NCBI GenBank assembly: GCA_036785375.1
Contig: JAWMAR010000122.1
Location: 5,890,001-5,954,000, forward strand
Direction of reading: 5' to 3'
DNA from: Leucoraja ocellata
Lineage: Eukaryota
DNA length: 64,000 bases
Position numbers and translations under genes: made by a program
Shown here: in pieces, positions 1 through 13,461 of the stretch
Numbering within the stretch: position 1 is the first letter of the stretch
How the letters are laid out: each line of letters begins with the position of its first letter
The notes under the pieces: model-generated
What the model was told of the DNA's origin: nothing
Database searches by the model: none
Seen by the model: the letters and a program-made list of their open reading frames with translations, nothing else

Positions 1-3000
1 TTGCTACACATGACAATAAACTAAACTAAGTGATGAAGTTGATCAATGCGAGTACGGTAGTGGATGTTGTCTACATGGATTTTATCAAGGCATTTGTTAA
101 GGTTTACCATGGTAGATTGATCCAGAAGATTAAGATGCATAAAATTCACACTGACATGGTTGTAAGGAATTATAGCTGACATTGATAGAAGATAAAAGGT
201 TGTGGTTGAAGAACAATGTTCAGGCAGGCTTTCTGAGACCAATGGAGTTCCACAGGTATCGGCGCTGATACCTCTGTAATATACAAAGGACTTGGACATT
301 AATGTAAATGCTTAGTTAGTAAGTTTGCAGATGGCACCAAAATTGATGAGTTTGTCAAGTGGGGAAGGCCATCAAAGAGTACAGTGGGACATGGATCAGC
401 TACAGAAATTGTGGAGAAATGCAGAATATAATCTGAGCAAGTGTGAGGTGTTGAATGTAGGGAGATGGAATGTAAGGGGAATGACAGTTAATGACAAGAT
501 CGCTGATGTATGGAGGGATCTTGTGGTCCAAGTCCTTTGGTTCTTGAAAGTGGAAATGCAGGTAGATTAGTATAGGAGGCGAGGCGTAAGGCATAATTGC
601 TTTCATTGGTCAGGGCATTGAGTTTGAGTGGGGAAGTCATGCTGCAGATTTATAGGACTTCAATTACTCCACATTTGAAGTATTGTTTGCAGTTCTGATC
701 ACCCACTACAGGAAGGATGTGAGGCTTTGGATAGGATGCAGAAGAGGTTTACCAGATTGTTACCTGGAACGGAAGATAATAGCTATCAGGAGAGGTTGGG
801 CAAATTTTGATTGTTTTCTCTGGAGCGTCGGAGGTTGAAGGGAGATCTCAAAGTATATAACACTGAGAGGCGTAGATAAGGTAGACATGTAAACTTTTTT
901 ACTAGGGTACGTGTCAAATATGTGAGCGTAAGATGAAACCAGGAAAGTTTGAAGGAGCCAAGTAGGGCAATTAATTTTTAGGGGGTGCTAGTTTGCACTG
1001 TCAGTGGTGGCTGGCATTTGGTGGTATTTGAGACTTACTGATACACACATGGATAGGCAGGGGATGGAGAGATATGGATCGCATGCAGGCAGAAATTTGT
1101 TTAACTTGACATCATGTTTGACATAGACATTGAGGGCTGAAGAGCTATTTCCTTTGCTGTACTATTTTATGTTCTGTGAAATGAGGTTTTTGACTAAGCT
1201 CTGCCGAGCACTATGCAGCCTCTGGGGCTGCTCCAGTTTCTTCACTTTTGTACTGGACCTCTATTCTGTTTGCCTGCTTTTTGTTCCATCTCGAGGAGTG
1301 GAGCAATTGCTACCGTGCTTGACCTCTGTGGTGATAGTTGTTTCTAAGAAGTCTGTACAGAATTTTGTCCAGTGCACCAAACCACAAAAAAGTCATTTTA
1401 AACTTTTTTTGTGGAAGCTATTAGTAATTGTCCAAATTGCTGTTAATTTCATCTAAGATAAATTTGGATTAGTTTAGAGATACAACATGAAAATTGGCCC
1501 ATCGTGCCACTGAGTCCATGCCAATCATTGATTACTCAATCACACTATTCATTTATCCCATGTGTCCATTCTCCATGCTAAAATTTAGAAGCCAATTATC
1601 CTATAAACCCACACATCTTTTGGATGAGAGAGAAAACGCGTGCAGCCAGAGAAACCCCACACATTCACATGTGGAACATGCAAACTCCACACCACATTCG
1701 ACGGTAGAATTGAACCTGTGTCTCTGACACTGCACCACTTTAAAGCAGAGTCAGTTATGGATGATTAAAGAGCACACTTGACGTGGTGTGTTGATGTTTA
1801 ATGTGCCAAATAAGAGTGTTGTAAGTAAGCTTTATGCATACCAAGTGAAATACAGAGTGGCAGTATAAATAAATAATTGGTTTAAACGGAAAAGAATCAT
1901 GCTGGACATTTGTATGGTCTGAAGGAAGGTGGCTTGGCAGAACATAATTTAGAATTAACATGATGACAGAAAGGACAAACCCCAGGAATAAAAATGGAGA
2001 TAAGACCTGTTTAGGCTGGTCCAGAAGATTAATTCAAATGAGACCCATGGTGACTTGGGAATTGGATCCAATACTGACTGTCATGAAGAGGATGCAATGG
2101 CAAAGATATTTTTATTACAGTAGGTTTGACTTGTGTTTGCAAGTGTATGATTTGCATGAAAATATAGATGGTCTCATTAGTTCATAAGATCATAAGTGAT
2201 AGGAGCAGTATTAGGCCATTCGGCCCATCAAGTCTACTCCGCCATTCAATCCCCCCCCCCCCCCCATTCTTCTAAACCCCAGAGAGTATAGGGCCAGTGC
2301 CGTCAAACACTCATCATACGTTAACCTATTCATTCCTGGGATCATTCGTGTAAACTTCCTCTGGACCCTCTCCAGAGCCAGCACATGCTTCCTCAGATAT
2401 GGTGCCCAAAACTGCTCACAATATTCCAACTGCGGCCTGACAAGCGCCTTATAGAGCTTCAGCATTACATCCCTGTTTTGATACAAGCCCTTTCGAAATA
2501 AATGCCAGTATTGTGTTTGCTTTCTTTACTATCGATTGGACTTGCAGATTAACTTTTTGGGAATCCTGCACCAGCACTCCCAAGTCCCTTTGCACCTTGA
2601 AGCTTCCCAATCCTTTGGCTTCCCACTAATATTTGCAATGTTATATGTCTTCTCTTTTAGTTTTATACTGTCCTTGGCATTTCTTGTCAGCCACAGTCGC
2701 CTCTTTCTCCCCGTAGAATTTTTCTTCCTGTTTGGAATGAAAAGATCCTACATCTTCTGAATTATTCCCAGAAATTCCTGCCATTGCTGTTCCTCTGCCA
2801 TCACTGCTAGTGTCCCTCCCCAGTCAACTTTGACCAGCTGCTCTCACATGTAGTCCCCTTTGTTCTGCTGCAATACCGACATGAAATGAAATTTGTGAAT
2901 TTTGGATTGAGGGGCAGTCAAAGAACAAAGCAGAATATAGATCAGTACAGATATGTTGGAGAAATGGCAGAGGGCGTTTAATCAGAGTTTGGGATATTGT

Positions 3001-4908
3001 ATTTTGGGGGATCAAATCCAAGGAATATACTAAATGGCTGGGCTCTTGGGACGGTGATGTACAAAGGGATCTTTGGGTGTTTGTCCATAGCTCACTGAAA
3101 ATAGCAACGCAAGTAGATAATGAGGTAAAGGAATATGGCATGCTTGCCATCATCGGTCAGGGCATTGAGTATACAAGTTGGCAAATTGTGTTGCAGCTGT
3201 GCAAAATGTTTTGGTTCTGTTACATTTGGGGTATTCTGTCCAATTGTCCAATATAGGCAAGATGGAGAGATTTCAGAGAAGGGTTTTACCAGAATGTTTT
3301 TGAAAAAAAACCACATGCAGTGCTAGAATAACGAGGCAGATCAGACAGCATCCCCCCCACCCATGTTTTCTACTGCTCATTGACCACTTTCTTTCTTAGG
3401 CTCACTGCAATAGCCACGTGTCCTTTGTAAAAAATATAATCATAGTTTTCCTTGTCCTTGCCTTTCATCCCACTAACTTCCACATTCAGCATATCCTTTA
3501 TCTCTTCTGCCAACTATAACACGATCACACAACCAGCCTTATCTTGATCTCCCCACCCTTCTGCAGTGACTACTCTCCATAACTGCTTGAACTGCTCATC
3601 ATCCTGTTGGCACTTTCTCTGCTGGAGAGCAACACTTGTTCCTAAACATCTTCCCTCATCACCTTTCAGGGACCTAAGCTGTTCTTCCAGGTTAGGTGAA
3701 CATCCACATGCATCTCCTTCACCCTTGAATACTGCATCCAGTGCTGTTGATGTAGCCTCCTCAACTATTCCAAATGCAGAAGAGGCGACTAGTTTGCAGA
3801 GCATCTGAGCTCTGTCCACAATAGCAATCCTGAGATCCTGGCTAAATGCTATTTCAACTTCCCATTTCCACACTGACTTGTCCGTCTTTAGCCTTTTTCA
3901 CCACCAAAGTAAAGCCCAACACAAACTGAAAGAACAATACCTGGTGGAGGAAATTGATATGGAGAGGGCATAGGTTTAAGGTGAGAGAGGAACGTTTTAG
4001 CCTGTCGAGGTAAATGAGGCAAGCCCAATAGCAACATTTCAGGGACATTTCAAAAGGTACATGGATATGAAAGGTTTTGGGGGGGGATATGGAACACCTT
4101 GATCAGTGTGATGAGTTGGACAGAAGGGCCTATTCCTGTGCTACATGGCTCTGACTAACATAGTAGATAAGGTCGTCTACAACCCAATAGTACAAATATT
4201 GAGCCTGAAATTTCAGGTAAACATCACCACTTGTTCTCCTCTTGGTCCTCTCATTTTTGTCCCCTTTCCCATTAAACTCCCCCTCACCCGGATGACTACG
4301 TTTCTTATCTCTCCAACTTTAGTTTTAATCCATCATCTACCGACAATCTTCACTCATAGAAACATAGGAAATAGGTGCAGGAGTAGGCATTCGGCACTTC
4401 GCGCCAGCTGATCATAGCTGATCATCCAAAATCAGAACCCCATTCCCGCTTTCTCCCCATATCCCTTAATTCCATTAGCCCTAAGAGCTATATCTAACTC
4501 TCTACATCCAGCAAATTGGCCTGCAATGCCTTTTGTAGTAGAGAATTCCACAGATTCACAACTCTCTCAGTGAAAAATGTTTTCCTCATCTGTCCTAAAT
4601 GACTATCCCTCATTCTTACTCACTGTGTCCCCTCCCTCATATGGCACCATGTACCCGTCACCTCTCCCTTAATAGTTCCCATTTATTACCATCTTTATCA
4701 GATTCTCAGTTTTCCGCTTTTGCGTCCCCACTCAATGCCCTCCATTCATTGTCTCCAACTTTGCCCTCCCCTTCCCCCACTTGGCTCCATCTATCTTCTT
4801 CCTTCTCTCCAGAGATGTGGCCTGTTACTAGTCGGAGTCGGATACGCAAGAAATGAAGGAGTCGGAGTCGCGTGTTTTGGGTATCGACTCCACAACCCTG
4901 ATATATTA

Positions 4909-5808
4909 TCCCCCCATTTCAGGATTGAGCCAGTACCTTCAGCAGCCATACATGCCCAGGCCATAACACCATGTTTCACAGATACGGTGGTATGCTTTGG
5001 ATATTGGGCAGTTCCTTCTCTCCTCCATACTTTGCTCTTGCCATCAGTCGAATATAAGTTAATCTTCGTCTCATCTGTCCACTAGACCTTTTTCCAGAAC
5101 TGTGGTTGCTCTTTTAAGTACTTCTTGGCAAACTGTAACCTGGCCATCCGATTTTTGCAGCTAACCAGTGGTTTGCATCTTGCAGTGTAGCGTCCGTATT
5201 TCTGTTCATGAAGTCTTCTGCATACAGTGGTCATTGACAAAATCACACCTGAAGAGTGTTTGTGGTCTGTCAGACAGGTGTTTGGGGATTTTCCTTAATT
5301 ATAGAGAGAATTCTTCTGTCATCAGCTGTGGAGGTCTTCCTTGGTGTTCCAAATAGTTGATTTTGGTAAGCCTTAGGTTTGGCTAACAGTTTTATTCTTG
5401 GTTCTCATAAGTCTCATAATGGCTTATTTGACTTTTATTGGCAGAACTTTGGTTCTCGTGTTGATAAACAGCAATAAAAGTTTCCAAAGGTCATGGAAAG
5501 ATGAGGTGCTGAGAGCTCTCTTAATTGCCATTAAGGAGGCAATTAAACACACCGGAGCAATTACAAACGCCTGTGAAGCCATGTGTCCCAAACATTGTGG
5601 TGCCCTGAAATGGGGGGACTATGTATAAACACAGCTGTAATTTCCACTTGGTGAAACCAAAATGTATAAAAATGGCCTTTATTAAAATCTGACAATGTGC
5701 ACTTTAACTGCATGTGTTTTTTTTTCTATTACAAATCTCTAATGGTGGAGTACAGAAGCAAATTAAATAAACGATGGGTCTCTGTCCCAAACATTATGGA
5801 GGGCACTG
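4909..5808 (-). mobile_element. Tc1/mariner fragment (duplicate of 28338-29237)
   Basis: The TIR ends ...CATTATGGAGGGCACTG followed by TA. Transposase remnants (KHG-VMAWACMAA) are on the minus strand. Confidence 0.85.
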
Positions 5809-5970
5809 TATGAGGTGCTGTTCCTCCAATTAGTGCTGGGCCTCACTCTGATAATGGAGGAGGCCCTAGACAAAAAGGTCAGATTGGGGCTGGGAGGGGG
5901 AGTTAAAGTTCTGAGCAACCGGCTGAGTGCTGAGCTTTCTCTTTAAGAACACAGACTGCTAGTTACACTG

Positions 5971-6343
5971 TAGAGTAAAACTTTCTCCCAATTTTGTTAG
6001 TGGGGGCATGAACATCGAATTCTCCCAATTTTGTTAGTGGGGGCATGAACATCGAATTCTCCCAATTTTGTTAGTTCCGTTTGGGGAGTCTGCATCCCGG
6101 GGGCATGAACATCGAATTCTCCCAATTTTGTTAGTCCTTGCTGTCTCCTCCCCTTCCTCAACCCCCCTGCTGTCTCCTCCCATCCCCCAGCCTTCGGGCT
6201 CCTCCTGCTTTTCCCTTTCTTGTCCCCACCAACCCCCGCCCCCGATCAGTCTGAAGAAGGGTTTCGGCCCGAAACGTTGCCTATTTCCTTCGCTCCATAG
6301 ATGCTGCTGCACCCGCTGAGTTTCTCCAGCTTTTTTGTGTAAC
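5971..6343 (+). mobile_element. Short Penelope-like pLTR insertion with 15-bp TSD (duplicate of 29400-29772)
   Basis: TSD CTGCTAGTTACACTG at 5956-5970 and 6344-6358. Hammerhead-like core at 6251-6278. Confidence 0.8.
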
Positions 6344-8388
6344 CTGCTAGTTACACTGCTGACACTATGGAAATTGACATGACATTGAAATTGACTGACT
6401 TCCGATTGCTTCCATCCACACTTAACTCTTTAATGTAACAGACTGCCTTTAGTATTTTAGCTTGCAGTAACAAAATTACATGTAGCTACTAAAAAGAACT
6501 TTGCATTTGAAGGCAATTCATTGTATCACAGAGTGGCCGCTAGGTGGTTGGAGTAAATCCCTTACTCGCTTATAGCAGACAATCTACAATAGCGAATACT
6601 ATTTTCTCCCTGTGGTATGTTATAATGAGGGTTTACAATTGATTGCAGAATTGGTATGTTAATAGATTGATACAGATGGGGAGGGTATTTGATAAAGTAC
6701 CGCATGGTGAGAGACCAGGTATGACTGCTCAAGGATAAAGGAGGAAATTTGTGCTTGGTCAGACGATGTGTGCAAGGTACTAAATGAATGTTTTCCATCT
6801 ACATTCACCAAGGAGAGGGACATGGAGGACAGTGAGATCAGTATGGAGAGTACTAGCATGCAAAGACATTTTCAAATTAAGGAGGAGGTGGTGTTGGGGT
6901 TCTTAAAGAGAATTAAGGTGGATGAATTCCCTGAGCCTGATGCGATCTGTCCCAACTTATTAAGTGGAGATTTGCGAAAATACTTCTATCTTCTCTAGCT
7001 ACAAGCCAAAGTCCTGGAGGACTGGAGTCGATGGTGTTTCTTTGTTTACGAAGGGAAGTGGAGAGAATCCAGGAAGTTACAGGCCAGTGAGCCTCATGTC
7101 AGTGGTAGGGAAGCTATTGGAGAGGATTCTGTGGGATAGGATTTCTTCCCATAGGAAGGTGGGCTAATGAGGGACCAACCTCATGGCTTTGTAACTGGTA
7201 GATCATGTCTTCCAAACTTGATTGAGTTTTTTGAGGTGACAATGAAGATGATTGAAGGGGGTATGGCGGTGGATGTTTTCTACATGGAGTTTAGTTAGGC
7301 GGGAAGTTGAGTAAGTCTCCCACGGCAGACTGATCCAGAAGATGAGGGATATCGTGGGCTGAAACGCCTGTTCCTGTGCTGCACTTTTCTGTTGTATAAA
7401 TGTGTGAACCTTTGAAATCCATTAATATTATACTTGCCTCCTATAGTGGAGAGCAAAACTGAACTTTTTTGTTGCTATAGTTATGGATGATCATTTATGA
7501 TTGAGAATTGTCCAGAGTAGTTTGTTAACAATGCAAGGTTACTTTTGCCATATGGAATGATGACTGGGTAGCAATAGATTATCAGTGGAAAATCTGCAAT
7601 TGGGTTATTTTACTATGTTATATTGAGGATTCATAACAGGCAAAATGATGGTGATGATCAGTTTGTACTGATGTTTCGTACTGAACTTAATTGAAGACTT
7701 AAATGATCAACACTGAATATCCTTATGGGCTTTGACCAGAAGCAAAGCCAATGATGAACATAGTGTTAAAAAAATTTAAGTTCTGACATATGATCCGTGT
7801 TTCTCTGCACTATTTATTGCATATTCCTTTGCCTTGTTTCTTCTATACAAAGGTGGCACCTCGTACCTCTGTAGATGGAATTCCATTTTATGTTTTGGCC
7901 TAGTTAAGTATTCCACTGATACCTTTTGCTGCCATAGTAATTTTTCACTATCAACCAAAAAAACCTTTTCCTCATCCAGCAGTACTGAGAATTTTTGTAA
8001 TACTCTGTATGACTTCCATGCTGTCTGGTTGTTTATCTTGACATTAACTACAGTTTAAGTCATTTTGTGCTTTAATTTCTCAAAGTAAAAGTAAATGTCA
8101 TTAAAAATTTAGCTTTAAATAATGCTGATTTTCTTAAAAAATAATGTGGATGAAAGTCTCAGGTTGCTTTTTTGTGTTGAAATCTTGTAAAGTCACTTCC
8201 TTTAGTTGCATCATTGACTCAAGGCATGTGTTTTGCTTTCCACAGAGACTGGCCTGCTAAATATTTCCAGAACATTGAGATGATTTTTATTTCAAAACAT
8301 TTTAATTTCAGATTTTCATTTTCATAGCCAGTATTTTGATTTTTCATTTCATTTATTTTTTAATCTCTTCATTTTCTTTTATCTTCAG

Positions 8389-8589
8389 GAAGGTGAAATG
8401 CCAATCCAAGATTTATTAAATTTGTATGGTTATGGGAAGACTGTGCCATTTCCTGGTGATGATGATGAGGAGGATGATGATGATGAAGTGGAGGAAGATG
8501 ATGATGGAGATGAAGGAGATAATGAAGAAAATAGTGGAAGCAGTGAGGTTCCAGAGACAGAGGATCTACCTGAGATAAATATAAACCAG
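8389..8589 (+). other. MIER1: Duplicate copy of MIER1 exon 4, with no upstream MIER1 exons inside the window
   Basis: Identical to 31818-32018 with intact AG/GT sites. It lies upstream of the MIER1 promoter, inside the duplicated block. Confidence 0.9.
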
Positions 8590-9192
8590 GTTAGTTAAAA
8601 TGTTGGTGGTATAACAGTTGGTGGATAAGAGCTTCATCTGAGCAATCTATACATAAGGTTTTGTTTTGAAGAACTTATGGTTTGATGGAGTGGGATTTTA
8701 GTCTGTGTAATGTGAGACTGAATTTTTTGTACTATGTTCAACTAAACTGCGAACAATGCTCAAACACAATTATTTTTTCTTAGATTTTGCTTGTCCTTTG
8801 ATTCAACATTTTATTTTCTGATGTATTTGTTTTTTTACAGTCATTGCAATACACCTTGTTCAGTCAAACTGTCCATTAATTTCCTGGCTCTTTCATGTAT
8901 TTTTGTGCTGCTCCGGAAGTTGTGATCATTATATAGTGATTTTTGTTCACCAATTATAGTTAACCAGCTGCTTCCATTCATAGGAGCATAAGCAGTCCCT
9001 TGGCATCCATATTAAATTAAGTTTGAATCCATGACTTGTTTGAATGCAACCATTGCTTTTTAATGCCAGTTTAAAATCTTGGATTTGGGTCTTTCAGGAG
9101 GGACTTGAACCTGCAACCTTTTTATTTGGGTCACAATGAGCATTTGTCTGGAGTCGGAGCCTCTAACCCAGATGTAATCATTATACATCTAG

Positions 9193-10537
9193 GGTAGACA
9201 AAAATGCTGGAGAAACTCAGCGGGTGCGGCAGCATCTATGGAGCGAAGGAAATAGGCAAAGTTTTGGGCCAAAATCCTTCCTAAGACTGATGCCGGGTGG
9301 GGGGGGGGCGGGTATAAAAAGGAAGGGAAGAGGGAGAGCTGAGAAGGGGAGGAGACATCAAGGGCAACTGGAAATTGGAGGTCAATGTTCAGGCCACTGG
9401 GATGCAGACTGCCCAAGCGGAATATGAGGTGCTGCGCCTCCAGTTTCCGGTGATGCTCACTCTGTCAATGGACGTGGCCCAGGACAGAAAGGTTGGATTC
9501 GGAATGGGAGGGTGAGTTGAAGTGCTGAGCCACAGGGAGATCAGGTTGGTTAATGCGGACCGAGCGGAGGTGTTCGGCGGAATGATCGCCAAGCCTACGC
9601 TTGGTCTCACCGATGTAGATCAGCTGACATTTAGAGCAGCAGATGCAATAGATGAGGTTGGAGGAGATACAGGTGAACCTCTGTCGCACCTGGAACGACT
9701 GCTTGGGTCCTTGAATGGAGTCGAGGGGGGAGGTAAAGCGACCAGTGTAGCATCTCTTGCGGTTGCAAGGGAAAGTGCCCGGGGAGGGGGTGGGAAGGTG
9801 GGAAGGGAAGAATTGACGAAAATGACTGAGGACTATTTGTTGTATGTGACGGCTAGTGTGATGGAAGGTGAGGACTATAGGGCCTTTGTTCTGAGTAGGG
9901 GGATGGGGAGAGGGAGAGCAATGTTGCAGGGCATTGAAGAGACCCTGGTGAGAGCCTCATTTATGGTAGGGGAGGGGAACCCCCGTTCCTGAAGAATGAG
10001 GACATTTCCGATGCCCTGGTGTGGAACACCTCATCCTGGGAGCAGATGCGGCGTAGATGGAGGAATTGGGAGTAGGGGATGGAGTCCTTACAGGAAGCAG
10101 GGTGGGAAGAAGTGTAGTCTAGATAGCCATGGGAGTCAATGGGTTTATAGTGGATGTTGGTCAAAAGCCTATCACCTGCGATGGAGATAGTGAGGTCAAG
10201 AAATGGTAGGGAAGTGTCGGAAATGGTCCAGGCGTATTTGAGTGCTGGATGGAAGTTAGTGGCGAAGTTGATGAAGTTAGTGAGCTGTGTGTGGGTGCAG
10301 GAGGTAGCACCAATGCAATCGTCGATGTAGCAGAGGTAGAGGTCGGGGATGGGGCCCTGGTACGTCTCGAACCTTGTTCGATGTACCCTACAAAGAGGCA
10401 GGCATAACTGGGGCCCATGCGCGTGCCCATAGCTACGCCTTGTGTCTGGAAGAAATGGGAGGTCATATGAAAAGTTATTGAGGGTAACGACTAATTCCGC
10501 TAGGCGGAGGAGCATATCAGTGGACGGGTTCTCCGGT
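9193..10537 (-). mobile_element. Penelope-like retroelement, 5'-truncated (duplicate of 32622-33966)
   Basis: RT motifs QTQGVAMGTRMGPSYA and YIDD; GIY-YIG endonuclease (NLIYCICCSKC..IYIGETKR..EH); frameshifted. Confidence 0.9.
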
Positions 10538-11304
10538 CTCTCTCCCCATCCCCCTACTCGGGACAAGGGCAGAGTCGTTATGCAATTTCTATTAGTTCTT
10601 TCCACTTCCAAACAAAAATGTGGTTGGATTATTCAGCATATGATCAGACTGTGTCAATAAATCCTGGACCATGGTAACATATATGCTTAACCATGCACAC
10701 TACAGATTGATACAAGCATGTTTTCTGTGAAGGACTGAAAATTACCATGACACGGCCATAGTATGGGTCGTTATTGCTAATGGCACAAAGCACTCTTGCT
10801 TCCCACATAATTTATCCACAACAAAATATACAGGTTGCAAGGAAATTTCTAAAGCTTTTTATGATAATAGCTGTTAAAACCGACTATACCCATCTGACAG
10901 GTTAAACATTACACTAACTGACAAGAGATGGCCAAAGCACATAACTGCAGCAAATGTTCTTTTGGTAATATGTTTAAAGGTGTCAAAACAAATAATAACA
11001 TTGGGAATTAAAACACGTTTGATTGCATTCCGTTATCAAACATAGTCAATGTTCGCTCTGAAGACCATGAAGCACAATAGGGTCAGGGTGTGTGTGAATC
11101 GGTGCGGGGTGGATAGATGGCGGAGGGTTGAGAAGGCAATCGGTGCAGAATGGATGGATTGAGGCAGGTGAATTAGTACATGTTGGTTGGAGTATGTAAA
11201 ATTGTGAGGGGAGAGCACGGGGGATGTCAGTGGTGTTGAAAGGTGGGATCAGTACGGGATGGATGGGGGGGGGGGATCAGTACAGGAATGGTGGGGATCA
11301 GTAC

Positions 11305-11504
11305 NNNNNNNNNNNNNNNNNNNNNNNNNNNNNNNNNNNNNNNNNNNNNNNNNNNNNNNNNNNNNNNNNNNNNNNNNNNNNNNNNNNNNNNNNNNNNNNN
11401 NNNNNNNNNNNNNNNNNNNNNNNNNNNNNNNNNNNNNNNNNNNNNNNNNNNNNNNNNNNNNNNNNNNNNNNNNNNNNNNNNNNNNNNNNNNNNNNNNNNN
11501 NNNN
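11305..11504. other. Assembly gap (200 N)
   Basis: Run of N. Confidence 1.
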
Positions 11505-12100
11505 CTCCCCAGGACGGTCCGCCCCTTCCTGCGCCATCTCATCTTTACTAGAGCTGAGGGTGGCCGGCGGAGGTCTCCAAACCGGACATAATTTTCAGAG
11601 GGACCGGAAGCAGCCCAGCCCGGAGTCGGAGATGTCGTCAAACAGGAAGCGGAGAGAATAATCTCCGGTTGGCGGCGCAGCTCACGCAGCCTGTCTGTCT
11701 TTTTTTTTTTTTGTCTAGTTGAATGGGGTTTGTTGTGTTCATTTTATATTGTTTTTAACTGTGTATATGTGGGGGGCGGAAATTTTAAATCTCTTCCCTT
11801 CACGGGAGTCTCGACCTGGAGCGGGGCAGTACATCGCCCGGCGCGGCCTTAACGGCCGTGGGACTTACCATCGCCCACCTGGGGCTTTAACATCGGGAGA
11901 AAAATGGAACACAGGAGAGAAAAGACTTTGCCTTCCATCACAGTGAGGAGGAGATTCACTGTGATGGATGTTTGTGTGAATTGAATTGTTTGTGTGTCTT
12001 GTAGAAATTGTTCCTTTTTGTATGGCTGTAGAAACAGAGTTTCGTTTGAGCCTCATTGAGGTTCAAATGACAATAAATAAATATTGTATTGTATATTGTA
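11505..12100 (+). mobile_element. Non-autonomous retroelement-like repeat with (ATTGT)n tail
   Basis: GC-rich 5' part; ends ...AATGACAATAAATAAATATTGTATTGTATATTGTA, resembling a LINE-type 3' tail. Family not identified. Confidence 0.45.
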
Positions 12101-12384
12101 ATCCCAGCAGAGGAGAACGACCAATGTGAGTCCCATCGCACTGCCAGTTCCAACCCCTCAAACCCCTGCACACACACCCCTCCCCGCCCAAGCACTCTTC
12201 CGGCCACAACCCCACCTTTGGCCTGCGCAGTTAGGGGCGATGGGTGAGTGGTGGAATATTGCATTGGGGGAACGGGTTGCGTTGTGGGAGCGGGTGAGTA
12301 GTGGAAATTGCGTTGGGAAATGGGTTGCGTTGGGGGACCAGGTCTCCCGTGTGATTGGGACCCAACAGGTCCCACTTAGTCTAG
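12101..12384 (+). mobile_element. Helitron-like 3' terminus
   Basis: Hairpin GGGACC-CAACA-GGTCCC (12357-12373), a 7-nt spacer, then CTAG (12381-12384) followed by T. Confidence 0.55.
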
Positions 12385-12429
12385 TTATTAATCTAGATTG
12401 ACAGACAAAAGATTGACAAAAGATTGACA

Positions 12430-13345
12430 CCACCTACTCATCTCCGGGGGGGACGAGTACGCCTACCGGGATGAGGCGGAGCAGCTGACAGTGTGGTGTG
12501 AAGAAAATAACCTGCTCCTCAACACCTTAAAGACAAAGGAAATAATAATAGACTTTAGGAAGAATAAAACGGACATGGTACCATTGATTATTAGAAGGGG
12601 ACTGTGTGGAGAGGGTGGCGGATTTCCGCTTCCTGGGAATCCATATTGAGGAGGACCTGACGTGGAGCGTGAACACCACTGCGCTGCTGAAAAAGGTCCA
12701 GCAGAGACTGCACTACCTGAGGGTGCTCAGGAAGAATAACATCACTCAGAGACTGCTGCTGTCCTTTTATCGGTGCTCCATTGAGAGCATACTAACATAC
12801 TGTGTATGCGTATGGTACACCAGCTGTACAGCGGCTCAGAGGAAAGCGCTCCAGAGGGCCATTGACAACGCCCAGAGGATTGTCGGCTGCCCTCTCCTTA
12901 CCTTGGAGGACTTACACAGTTCCCGCTGCATCAAAAAATCCCAGAGTATTATAAAGGACATTTCCCACCCCGGTCACTCCCTGTTTGAACTGTTGCCGTC
13001 AGGCAGACAGTACAGATCTACAAGGACAAGGACGAACAGACTAAAAAACAGTTTTTACCCCACTGCTATAAAAGCACTAAATGTAGCCGCCAAGGAACGC
13101 AGGGGCGATACATACTAAGGGACTGTGGTAAATTGTGAAATCGGCAGAAGGATGGAGGGTTGGGTGTTTATGCGTGCTATTTGCATGATATTTATTTTAG
13201 TTGTTTATCTTTTAATATTTTACCTTGTATGTATCGTTAGCTTTTAGAAATGTTTGAATGGTGCACTGACTGGCTGACATTTTTAAATTTTGTTGTACAT
13301 GGTTCATGTTACAATGACAGTAAAGAAACTATTCTATTCTATTCT
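12430..13345 (+). mobile_element. Rex1/Babar-type LINE 3' fragment (RT C-terminus, 3' UTR, tail)
   Basis: LTVWCEENNLLLNTLKTKEIIIDFRK, then a frameshift to ORF 12606-13118 (FRFLGIHIEEDLTWS...FYRCSIESILTY...HPGHSLFELLPSGR...RLKNSFYP). (ATTCT)n tail at about 13331-13345. Confidence 0.85.
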
Positions 13346-13461
13346 AAAAGTAGACCCAGCACCAATCCATGTATAGCACCTCACTGGTCACAGGCTTCCA
13401 ATTTGAAAATTATCCCTTCATTACCACCCTCTGATTCATACAGCATACTCCCGGCAAACAC

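Larger units (their letters stand above)
1..11304 (+). repeat. Near-identical 11.3 kb duplicate of 23438-34733 (MIER1 intron 3/exon 4/intron 4), ending at an assembly gap
   Basis: Position 1 TTGCTACACATGAC matches 23438, and 11304 matches 34733. The offset drifts from 23437 to 23429. ORF translations are almost all identical, with scattered SNPs and small indels. Confidence 0.97.

Noticed and set aside
5983-6135. 37-bp repeats resembling a CRISPR array
   Set aside because: Eukaryotic context, tandem units without unique spacers and no cas genes; part of a pLTR insertion.
8389-8589. Exon of a separate MIER paralog (MIER2/3)
   Set aside because: Identical to MIER1 exon 4 including the flanking introns, so it is a duplicate and not a diverged paralog.
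11224-11661. ORFs spanning the N run
   Set aside because: Artefacts of translating the gap.
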